A stretch of DNA of 57,440 bases from Clostridia bacterium (GTDB lineage Bacteria > Bacillota > Clostridia > Oscillospirales > CAG-272): the NCBI GenBank assembly GCA_017628755.1, contig JAGBYM010000025.1, positions 1 to 57,440 on the forward strand. Direction: 5' to 3'. Under the pieces are notes generated by a model, which worked only from the letters and a program-made list of their open reading frames with translations, was not told where the DNA came from and did not search any database. The stretch's first letter is position 1. Each line of letters opens with the position of its first letter. Below, piece by piece: positions 42,749 to 50,377 of the stretch. The translations under genes and the position numbers were made by a program.

Positions 42749-44702
42749 GATCTTCAAATACTCGCTCCACCCCACCGTTGATTTCGCCGCCGAGGAGCTT
42801 AAGAAATACCTCCGCATGATGATGCCGCGGTGCGGTGAGATCACAATCTGTTCCGACGAGCGCGACGGTGACGGATTCGTTCTTGCTCTCTGCTCCGACA
42901 TCGGCATTGATCTGCCCGAAACCGACGATCCCGAGCTCGACGACGTCGTTGTTATAAACGCGAACGAGCACGGAGGCATCATCGCGGGAAGCAATCCCCG
43001 CGCGCTTCTGATCGCGGTTTACGAATATCTCAGGCAGAACGGATGTCGCTGGGTACATCCCGGCATTGACGGCGAATTTATTCCCGTCAAAGATGCTCCG
43101 GCTGTCGTCAATTATCGCAAAAAAGCCGATATGCGCGTCCGCGCACAATGCAACGAGGGCGCGGAATATCAGGCTTCGATGATTGAGACCATCGACTTTT
43201 CGCCCAAGATCGGACTCAACTCCTGTATGCTCGAGTTTGACATACCGAAAGCCTATTACAATTATTACTACGACCACAGAAATAACCGCGCAAACCGCCC
43301 GCCCGAGCCGATAACGGGAGAGCAGGTGCTTCAATGGAAGCGCGCCTGCGAGGCAGAGATCGCAAAGCGTTCGCTGATCTTTCAGGATATGGGACACGGC
43401 TGGACAGCCGAGCCATTCGGCATCGACACGACCGAAGGTTGGTCAAAGGACGAGGGAAATCCGATTCCCGAGGAGAGCCGTGAATTTGTCGCTCTGACCG
43501 AGGGTTCGCGCTCGCTCTTCCACGGCGTTGCGCTGAACACGAATTTCTGCATGTCGAATCCGCGTGCGCGAGAGATCGTGGCAAAAGCCATCGCAAACTA
43601 CGCCGAGGTCAGCCCGCAGGTGAACTACCTGCACGTCTGGCTTGCCGACAACAGAAACAACCATTGCGAATGCGACGAATGTAAGAAGAAAACGGTATCG
43701 GATTGGTACGTAATGCTTCTCAACAAGATCGACGAGGAGCTGACCGCACGAGGACTTGCAACCCGAATCGCATACATCGCGTATTACGACACCGCCTTCC
43801 CGCCCCTGACCGAGAAGCTCAAAAATCCCGACCGTTTCGCGCTCCTTTTAGCCGCAATCACGCGCGATTACACCGAAACGCCGAAAATGTCGGGTGAGAA
43901 AAAGGAACTGCCTCGTTTCGATTTGAACAAAAACGTCTTCCCCACCGACCTTGCGGATTACATTCAGTATTCCGAAGGATGGCAGAAAACCGCGTACACG
44001 CCAAAATTCTGCTACGAATACCATTTCTGGATCCATCAGTACTACGATATCGGCGGAATCCGCCTTGCCGAGCGTCTTTACGAGGACGTCCGCGCCTACC
44101 GCGATGCGGGCTTCTTCGGCATCATTCAGGACGGCTCGCAACGCTCATTCTTCCCCAACGGCTTCCCCTTCTACGCCTACTCCCGCGCAATGTACGACAA
44201 GGACGTTTCCTTCACCGAGCTGAAGGAGGATTATTTCAGCCATACTTACGGCGAGCATTGGCACGAGATCGCGGAATATCTCGAGAAGATTTCGGATATC
44301 TTCGACGTAAAATACCTCGAAGTACCGCACCGCTCGTCCGCGCCGCGCAAGCTCGTCTCAGAGGAACGCGCCGAGGCTTTAAGAGATGTGGAAAAGCTCT
44401 GTGAGGAGATGAAGAAGAATATACGTGCGTGGAAGAAGGAATCGACCAAGCGCGTTCACAGCGCGTCTCTGCGCCTCCTTGAGCTCCACTGCGAATATTG
44501 CACAGGTCTTGCCGAAACAATGATCCTGACGGCTCTTGGCCATTCCGACGAGGCTTTCGACGCCTTCAACGCCTTCTTTGACTCCTTCGGACGCCACGAA
44601 TTTGAGATCGAACGCTATTTTGACCATCATCTTGCCTACAAGGCACTGGCACGCAGCCTCCACGCAGGCAAGAACCGTATAGAAAGAGAGGAAATCGGAT
44701 AA
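42741..44702 (+). CDS. Hypothetical glycoside-hydrolase-like protein (DUF4838-like, tentative), no signal peptide
   Basis: 653 aa. An 8-nt overlap with the upstream gene. CECDECKK Cys motif in the central domain. Family assignment is from memory of that motif and the size only. Confidence 0.3.
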   Translation: MYKIFKYSLHPTVDFAAEELKKYLRMMMPRCGEITICSDERDGDGFVLALCSDIGIDLPETDDPELDDVVVINANEHGGIIAGSNPRALLIAVYEYLRQNGCRWVHPGIDGEFIPVKDAPAVVNYRKKADMRVRAQCNEGAEYQASMIETIDFSPKIGLNSCMLEFDIPKAYYNYYYDHRNNRANRPPEPITGEQVLQWKRACEAEIAKRSLIFQDMGHGWTAEPFGIDTTEGWSKDEGNPIPEESREFVALTEGSRSLFHGVALNTNFCMSNPRAREIVAKAIANYAEVSPQVNYLHVWLADNRNNHCECDECKKKTVSDWYVMLLNKIDEELTARGLATRIAYIAYYDTAFPPLTEKLKNPDRFALLLAAITRDYTETPKMSGEKKELPRFDLNKNVFPTDLADYIQYSEGWQKTAYTPKFCYEYHFWIHQYYDIGGIRLAERLYEDVRAYRDAGFFGIIQDGSQRSFFPNGFPFYAYSRAMYDKDVSFTELKEDYFSHTYGEHWHEIAEYLEKISDIFDVKYLEVPHRSSAPRKLVSEERAEALRDVEKLCEEMKKNIRAWKKESTKRVHSASLRLLELHCEYCTGLAETMILTALGHSDEAFDAFNAFFDSFGRHEFEIERYFDHHLAYKALARSLHAGKNRIEREEIG

Positions 44703-45790
44703 TGAAACACTTTATAATCGGACGCACCGAAAGCGGATTTTACCGCTATCAGGGTTGGCCCAGCGTCTGCATCGACGAGCAGGGCGTGCTCTATGCCGTT
44801 TGCTCGGGCAACAGACTCGGACACCTCTGCGTTTTCGGCAAAAACTATCTCTACAAGAGCTTTGACGGTGGCGAGAGTTGGACCTCGCCCGCCGTTATCA
44901 ACGACACATATCTCGACGACCGCGACGCAGGTATCACCTACCTTGGCGGCGGCAAGATGCTTATGACCTACTTCTGCCACCCCTGGCAGTTCTACGACGC
45001 ACGCCGCGAGTGGGTCAAGGGATATACGAATGCCGTAACCTACCCGATGGCATCCGCAATGCTCGACGGATACAAGAATCTGCCCGAAGAGCGTAACAAA
45101 TTCGGCTCATTCGTCCGTCTCTCGCGCGATTACGGACACAGCTGGGAAGAGGCGGTCAAGGTTCCCGTTACCGCGCCTCACGGCCCAATTCTTCTCAAGG
45201 ATGGCAGACTTCTCTACGTCGGCAAAGAATTCCACAGCGGAGACTCCGAGCTTACCGAGGGCGCAATTTACGTCTACGAGAGCCGCGACGAGGGCGCGAC
45301 ATGGCAGAAGCTCTGCGGAATCGACTTCCCCGAAGGACTCGACAAGAAAAATATGCACGAGCCCCACGCTGTTGAGCTCGAGGACGGAACTATCGTTGCC
45401 TCGATCCGCGCGCAGGGCGAAGGCGTACCGCACGGATTTTCGATCTACACCTGCCGCTCAACCGACGGCGGAAAGTCGTTCTCGCATCCCGAGTGCCTCG
45501 GCATCAGCGGTTCTCCCCCTCATTTTCTGCTCCATTCTTCGGGCGCACTCATCCTCACCTACGGACGCCGCGAAGCTCCCTTCGGCGAGCGCATAATGAT
45601 CAGCCGCGACGGCGGAAAGACTTGGGGCGAGGAGCATATCCTCACCGAAGCATATTGCAACGACCTCGGCTACCCCGCAACCGCCGAGCTTCCCGACGGC
45701 TCGCTCATAACCGTCTATTACGAACGCTATAAGGATGACAAATTCACATCCATCCTCGGCGTTAAGTGGACGATTGAGGAATTTGAATAA
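44702..45790 (+). CDS. BNR/Asp-box repeat protein (sialidase-fold beta-propeller), no signal peptide
   Basis: Five Asp-box motifs: SFDGGESW, SRDYGHSW, SRDEGATW, STDGGKSF, SRDGGKTW. The start overlaps the upstream stop (TAATG). I saw no canonical RIP motif. Confidence 0.75.
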   Translation: MKHFIIGRTESGFYRYQGWPSVCIDEQGVLYAVCSGNRLGHLCVFGKNYLYKSFDGGESWTSPAVINDTYLDDRDAGITYLGGGKMLMTYFCHPWQFYDARREWVKGYTNAVTYPMASAMLDGYKNLPEERNKFGSFVRLSRDYGHSWEEAVKVPVTAPHGPILLKDGRLLYVGKEFHSGDSELTEGAIYVYESRDEGATWQKLCGIDFPEGLDKKNMHEPHAVELEDGTIVASIRAQGEGVPHGFSIYTCRSTDGGKSFSHPECLGISGSPPHFLLHSSGALILTYGRREAPFGERIMISRDGGKTWGEEHILTEAYCNDLGYPATAELPDGSLITVYYERYKDDKFTSILGVKWTIEEFE

Positions 45791-45793
45791 AAT

Positions 45794-45826
45794 AAAAAAC
45801 GGAATCGCTTTCGCGATTCCGTTTTT
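45794..45826. terminator. Bidirectional Rho-independent terminator
   Basis: AAAAAACGGAATCGC-TTTC-GCGATTCCGTTTTT. Confidence 0.85.
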
Positions 45827-45837
45827 ATCTACAATAT

Positions 45838-47295
45838 TTATCCGCCTAAAGCTATTCTGATCGTCTCAACCACGCCCATATTCGTCCAGATCGACATAAG
45901 CGAAAGCAGCGCGGTAGCAATTCCGGTCACGGGCTTTGCGTAGCCATCGCTCTTCTCCGTCAGATTCATAAGAACAGCTGCGGAGACAAGCGCAAGCATC
46001 ACGGAAATATCGTAAACGTATCTCATATTGACACCGCCGATGCAGAAATCCGAGAATGCTATGCCAAGCGCGAGGATCGCGGTCACGGCAACAACGGCGG
46101 TCTTTGCGATATCCCTCTCGCCGCGATTCTTTTCGATTGCCGCAAGGCGGGGATAAGCAAGGATGCCGAGGGGCAGACCGTATGCGAACACTCCGCAGTA
46201 GCGGTCATAATAGAAATATCTTGCGTCTTCGGGCAGGACCTTGATCTTCTGCATTCCGAGATAAGGATAAGCCTCGGTCTGCCACATCGGGCAGAGGAAA
46301 TAGGAGAAAAAGGATGAGAAAAGATACTTGAAATCGATCGTATTGAGTGAAACGTCGCTGACTGTCAGCTGATAGTTCGCGCCGAAATCTAGGGGCGAGC
46401 CGAAGCGCGCGGCATTATACCACATAACCGCGGCAGCACCCGCCATAAGAGGAAGCGCGAAGGATCCGACGGTAAGAAGTCCGTCCTTCAGGGTATCTTT
46501 CTTTATCTTGCAAATGAACTCGATAAAGAGCGGGAAAACCGCTACGCACATCAAGGCAACCGTCGGGCGCGACCAAACGGTCAGCGTCAGCGCGATTGCG
46601 GCAAGTACGAGCAGGGTCATTCTCAGCCACAGCTTTTCTGTTTTCATAGCGCGCACCGCCAGAGCGACGAAAGCCATCGAGAATACCTGCGCCGAGAGGA
46701 CGGCAACGTAATACATATCCGCGCAAAGTGCACCGAGGTAAACTCCGCTCGCCGAAACCACGCCCGCAAGTCCGAGAAGGAAGAGCCAGAGATTCGGCTT
46801 TTTTATAAAGCGAAGAACGACCTCACGGTATGCAAACGCAGTTGCTATGACGCCCGCTATCGCAAGGATGAGGCAGGCAAGCGGCACGTTCGGGAGCTTT
46901 CCCGTAAACGCGTGGATCGGCGCGTGAACCGTCAGAAGCGGCGCGATGCCGAAATAGGAATAGTATTTTCCGTCAAAAAATGCGTAGTCCCAACTGAATT
47001 TTACTTTCGCCGCGCTTCTTGCCGCGGGATCGTAAGGATTCTCAAGTGCCGCAAGACGGCGATCAACACCGATATCAAGCTCGATCTGTCCCTTTTTCCA
47101 TGCGTCAAACTGACGCCCGTAAATGTCGGCGGGAACCGCCCCTCCGACCTCGTATTCGTAAAGCTCGGTCTCCTTGCCGAGAGTCGGGAAGCAAGCCCCG
47201 ACGAGCAGGAGAACTACCAGAGCAAAAAGTAAATTACTTATCAGCTTTTCGGGGCAAAATTTTGCCCCGAATATTTTATTTATCATATTTTTCAT
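45838..47295 (-). CDS. Polytopic integral membrane protein, possibly a GT-C-fold glycosyltransferase (tentative)
   Basis: 485 aa with more than 10 hydrophobic segments and an early extracytoplasmic loop (WDYAFFDGKYYSYFGIAPLL). Directly abuts the upstream lipoprotein gene (0-nt gap). Confidence 0.3.
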   Translation of the reverse strand: MKNMINKIFGAKFCPEKLISNLLFALVVLLLVGACFPTLGKETELYEYEVGGAVPADIYGRQFDAWKKGQIELDIGVDRRLAALENPYDPAARSAAKVKFSWDYAFFDGKYYSYFGIAPLLTVHAPIHAFTGKLPNVPLACLILAIAGVIATAFAYREVVLRFIKKPNLWLFLLGLAGVVSASGVYLGALCADMYYVAVLSAQVFSMAFVALAVRAMKTEKLWLRMTLLVLAAIALTLTVWSRPTVALMCVAVFPLFIEFICKIKKDTLKDGLLTVGSFALPLMAGAAAVMWYNAARFGSPLDFGANYQLTVSDVSLNTIDFKYLFSSFFSYFLCPMWQTEAYPYLGMQKIKVLPEDARYFYYDRYCGVFAYGLPLGILAYPRLAAIEKNRGERDIAKTAVVAVTAILALGIAFSDFCIGGVNMRYVYDISVMLALVSAAVLMNLTEKSDGYAKPVTGIATALLSLMSIWTNMGVVETIRIALGG

Positions 47296-48990
47296 TTATC
47301 CAAGCTTCTCTCCGTAGACGAGGATCTCACGTGTATTGATAGTGTTGTACTTAGCCGCGTCGTCGTTACGTCCGATAATAATACCGATTCGGATATACTG
47401 TCCCGTAACGCCCGCCATATCAAACAGGCAGGTAGTATCTGCGGTATTGCCGTTCCAGGGATCCTTGGCGGTTTTACCGCAATTTACAAGCTTTGTGCCG
47501 TTGACGTTATCCCAGCAAGCTGTGGGAACACGCTCCCAGTTTACGCCGTCATCGCTGACAAAGACCTCAGCAACACCGGGGAATCCCTTAAGACTGCCCG
47601 ATGCAAATCCCATAGCGTCAAACTTATGCTTTGAGCCGAAATTCAGTGTGATAAGTCCCGTGTACTGCGCTTCCGCCTCGACCTCGCCGCTTATATTGTA
47701 CTTCTTGTCATCAAACTCAAAGCAAGCCATAAAGGACGTGCCCCAATGTCCGTTTACAAGGTTCTCTACAGCCGTTGTATAGCCCTTTGCGGAGGAATCC
47801 ATCTTCTCGATACCGATTACAGAAACACCGTAGCCAATATCGGCAATATCCGCCTTCTGCGCGTCAGAAAGACCTGTTGCGGAATATTCCTTGGACGATA
47901 TAGCGTTCTTGGTTCCGAGGATACCCGAGAAGCTCTTGCCGTTCGGATAAGTTCCGCCCTGAAGCACAGAGATAAGCTCTGACTTCGGGAAGGATTTCAG
48001 ATTCTTCATTTCAAGCGCGTCCACGGTATAGCCGAGAGAATACTCAACGCCTACCGAGGAGGTCTTATACTCCGCGGGGATCGCGGGAGTCTCAAAGACA
48101 GCCTTGCGTGCCGCTTCCTTGAGGATTGCCGCCGCTTCATCGGTCAGATTTGCGTTGTAGTCAACCGTGGTGGGATCAACACCCGTGATCTTTGCAAAGA
48201 TCGTCATAGCCGCAAGGTAGCTTCCCGTAGCGTTCGGGTGGGTAAGATCCTCGTCATAGATATTGATATTCTTGTTGTTGGTATAAACGTCATAGAATGC
48301 CAGACCCGCATATGCAACGTCGATGCCGAGCTCGGCGCCGATCGCCTCATAAGCCGCGCTGATCATCCACGTCATGCTCTCGTTTGTCCAGCCGTTGTTA
48401 GCAAGTACGCTGTGACCTGCCTTTCTGCCCCAAGTTCCGTAAAGAACGGGAGTTGCACCGTCGGCTCTTACCTTTTCGGCAAGGTTACGCACGCCGGTAT
48501 AGAACTTATCGGGAGTTGCCGCAGGGCATGTGCTCTGCTCCTGAAGGATAACGTAATCAAAGTTTCTCGCCTTGAGCGCGGAGTCAACCTGCTTACCGAC
48601 TTCATCGGTAGACTTTGCGGAGTCGATCAGATACCAGCCGCCCTTGGTGACTCTCTGTACCTTCGCGTTATATCCAGCCGCGGTGAGGATCTTGGCAAAG
48701 ATCTGCTCGGGCATATCGTTATAATGAGTATAGCTGTTACCGATAAAGAGGAAGTTGTAGCTCTTGCTCTTGTCAAGAATTTCGGAAGCGGGAGCCTCCG
48801 CGGTGGTCTCCTCGTTGGGCATAGTCTCTGCGCCCGCGGTGGTCTCCTCGGGAGCCTCTGTGTTCTCGGGAGCGGGAGTGATATTATCCGAGTCCGAGGG
48901 TTCGGTCGTAGTCTCACCCGTGCCCGTGCAGGCTACAGCCGAAAAAAGCATAGCCGCAAGAAGCAAAAACGCAATGATTCTCTTTTTCAT
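47296..48990 (-). CDS. Lipoprotein with an SGNH-like (DUF4886-type) hydrolase domain and a C-terminal discoidin/F5-8 type C carbohydrate-binding-like domain
   Basis: Lipobox FSAVAC. Thr/Glu/Pro linker. NFLFIGNSYTHYNDMP and FDYVILQEQS. C-terminal ...GQYIRIGIIIGRND...REILVYG. Confidence 0.65.
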   Translation of the reverse strand: MKKRIIAFLLLAAMLFSAVACTGTGETTTEPSDSDNITPAPENTEAPEETTAGAETMPNEETTAEAPASEILDKSKSYNFLFIGNSYTHYNDMPEQIFAKILTAAGYNAKVQRVTKGGWYLIDSAKSTDEVGKQVDSALKARNFDYVILQEQSTCPAATPDKFYTGVRNLAEKVRADGATPVLYGTWGRKAGHSVLANNGWTNESMTWMISAAYEAIGAELGIDVAYAGLAFYDVYTNNKNINIYDEDLTHPNATGSYLAAMTIFAKITGVDPTTVDYNANLTDEAAAILKEAARKAVFETPAIPAEYKTSSVGVEYSLGYTVDALEMKNLKSFPKSELISVLQGGTYPNGKSFSGILGTKNAISSKEYSATGLSDAQKADIADIGYGVSVIGIEKMDSSAKGYTTAVENLVNGHWGTSFMACFEFDDKKYNISGEVEAEAQYTGLITLNFGSKHKFDAMGFASGSLKGFPGVAEVFVSDDGVNWERVPTACWDNVNGTKLVNCGKTAKDPWNGNTADTTCLFDMAGVTGQYIRIGIIIGRNDDAAKYNTINTREILVYGEKLG

Positions 48991-49049
48991 GATCTTTTCC
49001 TTTCGGATATAATATAGTACTATAATAATATATTATTTTACCCGATTTG

Positions 49050-49715
49050 TCAAGAGTTTTTTGCTATTTTCATCAATTCGTTCCAGGTTGCGGGACCCGC
49101 ACTTCCGTCGGCGGCGAGACCGCGGATTTTCTGAAACTCCTTGAGTGCCTTTTCGGTCGCCGCGCCAAAGCTTGAATCGACCGAAAGTGCGGCACCGTGG
49201 AAGTTGAGCATCGTCTGCAAAAGTCTCACTTCCCCGCCGACAGCACCCTTTTTCAAAACCTTTCTCTCATGTGTCAGAGTCAATTTGTTCACCTCACTTA
49301 AATTCTTTTTGAAATACTTTTCGGGATCGACGTACTCGCCGTAAAGCGCGACTCCGAGATGCAGATGCGCGCCCGTGCTCCTGCCCGTGCTTCCCATATA
49401 GCCGAGAAGATCACCTCGCTTGACGAAGTCGCCCTTTTTGACCCGAAGAGTGTCTTTTTTGAAGTGGCAATAGATCGTCACGGCGGTCTCGTCATGGCGT
49501 ATTTTGCAGTAATACCCCGATCTATCACTGTATCCCGCCTCGATGACCTCGCCCGCGTCAAAGGCAACGACCCAATCCGACACCGCACCGCCCCCATCGG
49601 TCAGCGCAACGAGATCGACGCCCGAATGATGCTCGCGCTTACCGAAGATCACGCGCTCGCCGAAGGGGTAGGTTATCTTGTAACCGTCATAATTCTTAAA
49701 GAACCTCGAGCCCAT
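49050..49715 (-). CDS. M23 (LytM-type) metallopeptidase fused to a C-terminal PG_binding_1 peptidoglycan-binding domain; no signal peptide (endolysin-like)
   Basis: HHSGVD (HxxxD) and GSTGRSTGAHLHLGV (HxH). C-terminal LQTMLNFHG...FGAATEKALKEFQKIRGLAADGSAGPATWNEL. Confidence 0.8.
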   Translation of the reverse strand: MGSRFFKNYDGYKITYPFGERVIFGKREHHSGVDLVALTDGGGAVSDWVVAFDAGEVIEAGYSDRSGYYCKIRHDETAVTIYCHFKKDTLRVKKGDFVKRGDLLGYMGSTGRSTGAHLHLGVALYGEYVDPEKYFKKNLSEVNKLTLTHERKVLKKGAVGGEVRLLQTMLNFHGAALSVDSSFGAATEKALKEFQKIRGLAADGSAGPATWNELMKIAKNS

Positions 49716-50103
49716 CCGCCAACCTCGCTTTCAATTTTTCATATTCGGCGCGCAGTTCTAGAAACGCGGGATTCTTCCCGCCGGGGCGGGCGGTGTCTAT
49801 CACACGAAGCTCGCCCTTTTGGGTTACGAGCTTTCTGCCGTCACACTCACCGTCTATGACGAACTCCGCATTCCCCGCGCATTCCATGACCTCGTCTGGA
49901 ATCACGGCTTCGTCATTTTCAAGCCATACCTCGACAGCATCAGATCCGTCCGCAGGAAAAAAGGTCACGCGCTTGCGCATCCCATCCCATTCGGGAGAAA
50001 AGTCCAGCTTCAATACACAAGAACCCCAGCTTCCGCGCGTCCCCGCAACCGCCCACTGAGGCTCAAGCCAAATGCCGTTCACTTTTATTTTTGTTACTTT
50101 CAT
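49696..50103 (-). CDS. Small hypothetical protein resembling the N-terminal domain of phage tail-fibre/baseplate proteins, plus a short coiled coil
   Basis: The ATG at 50103 follows AAAGGA. MKVTKIKVNGIWLEP...GSWGSCVLKLDFSPEWDGMRKRVTFF... The similarity is from memory of prophage tail proteins only. A 20-nt overlap with the M23 gene. Confidence 0.35.
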   Translation of the reverse strand: MKVTKIKVNGIWLEPQWAVAGTRGSWGSCVLKLDFSPEWDGMRKRVTFFPADGSDAVEVWLENDEAVIPDEVMECAGNAEFVIDGECDGRKLVTQKGELRVIDTARPGGKNPAFLELRAEYEKLKARLADGLEVL

Positions 50104-50190
50104 CAATTCATTCCTTTCGTACTTTTGCCATCCGGAATGATTTTAACACAGAAAAATGTCGTATGACTGACAGAAAGCTGTCGGAAGAAT

Positions 50191-50364
50191 AGTTGTTAGT
50201 TATTAGTTGCTAGTTGAATGATAATTTCTTCGCGTTGCTCAGAAATTTTCCTATTATAATAAAAAACTCGGATATTCCAAAAGCGGAATATCCGAGTAAA
50301 TTATTGAATTGATTTTCGACTTGTCGAAAATCTACCTTCAACTAGCAACTAATAACTAGCAACT
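50191..50364 (-). repeat. MITE-like unit: 28-bp inverted repeats (27/28) flanking a 118-bp core that holds the terminator of the surface-protein gene
   Basis: AGTTGTTAGTTATTAGTTGCTAGTTGAA (50191-50218) versus TTCAACTAGCAACTAATAACTAGCAACT (50337-50364). The core contains AATGATAAT, a CTCGGATATTCC hairpin and the GAAGGTAGATTTTCGAC-AAGT-GTCGAAAATC module (minus-strand reading). Confidence 0.75.
50261..50297 (-). terminator. Rho-independent terminator of gene 50378-52123
   Basis: ACTCGGATATTCC (50266-50278) / GGAATATCCGAGT (50285-50297). A6 on the + strand gives a T-run on the transcript. Confidence 0.8.
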
Positions 50365-50377
50365 AGCAACTGAAAAC

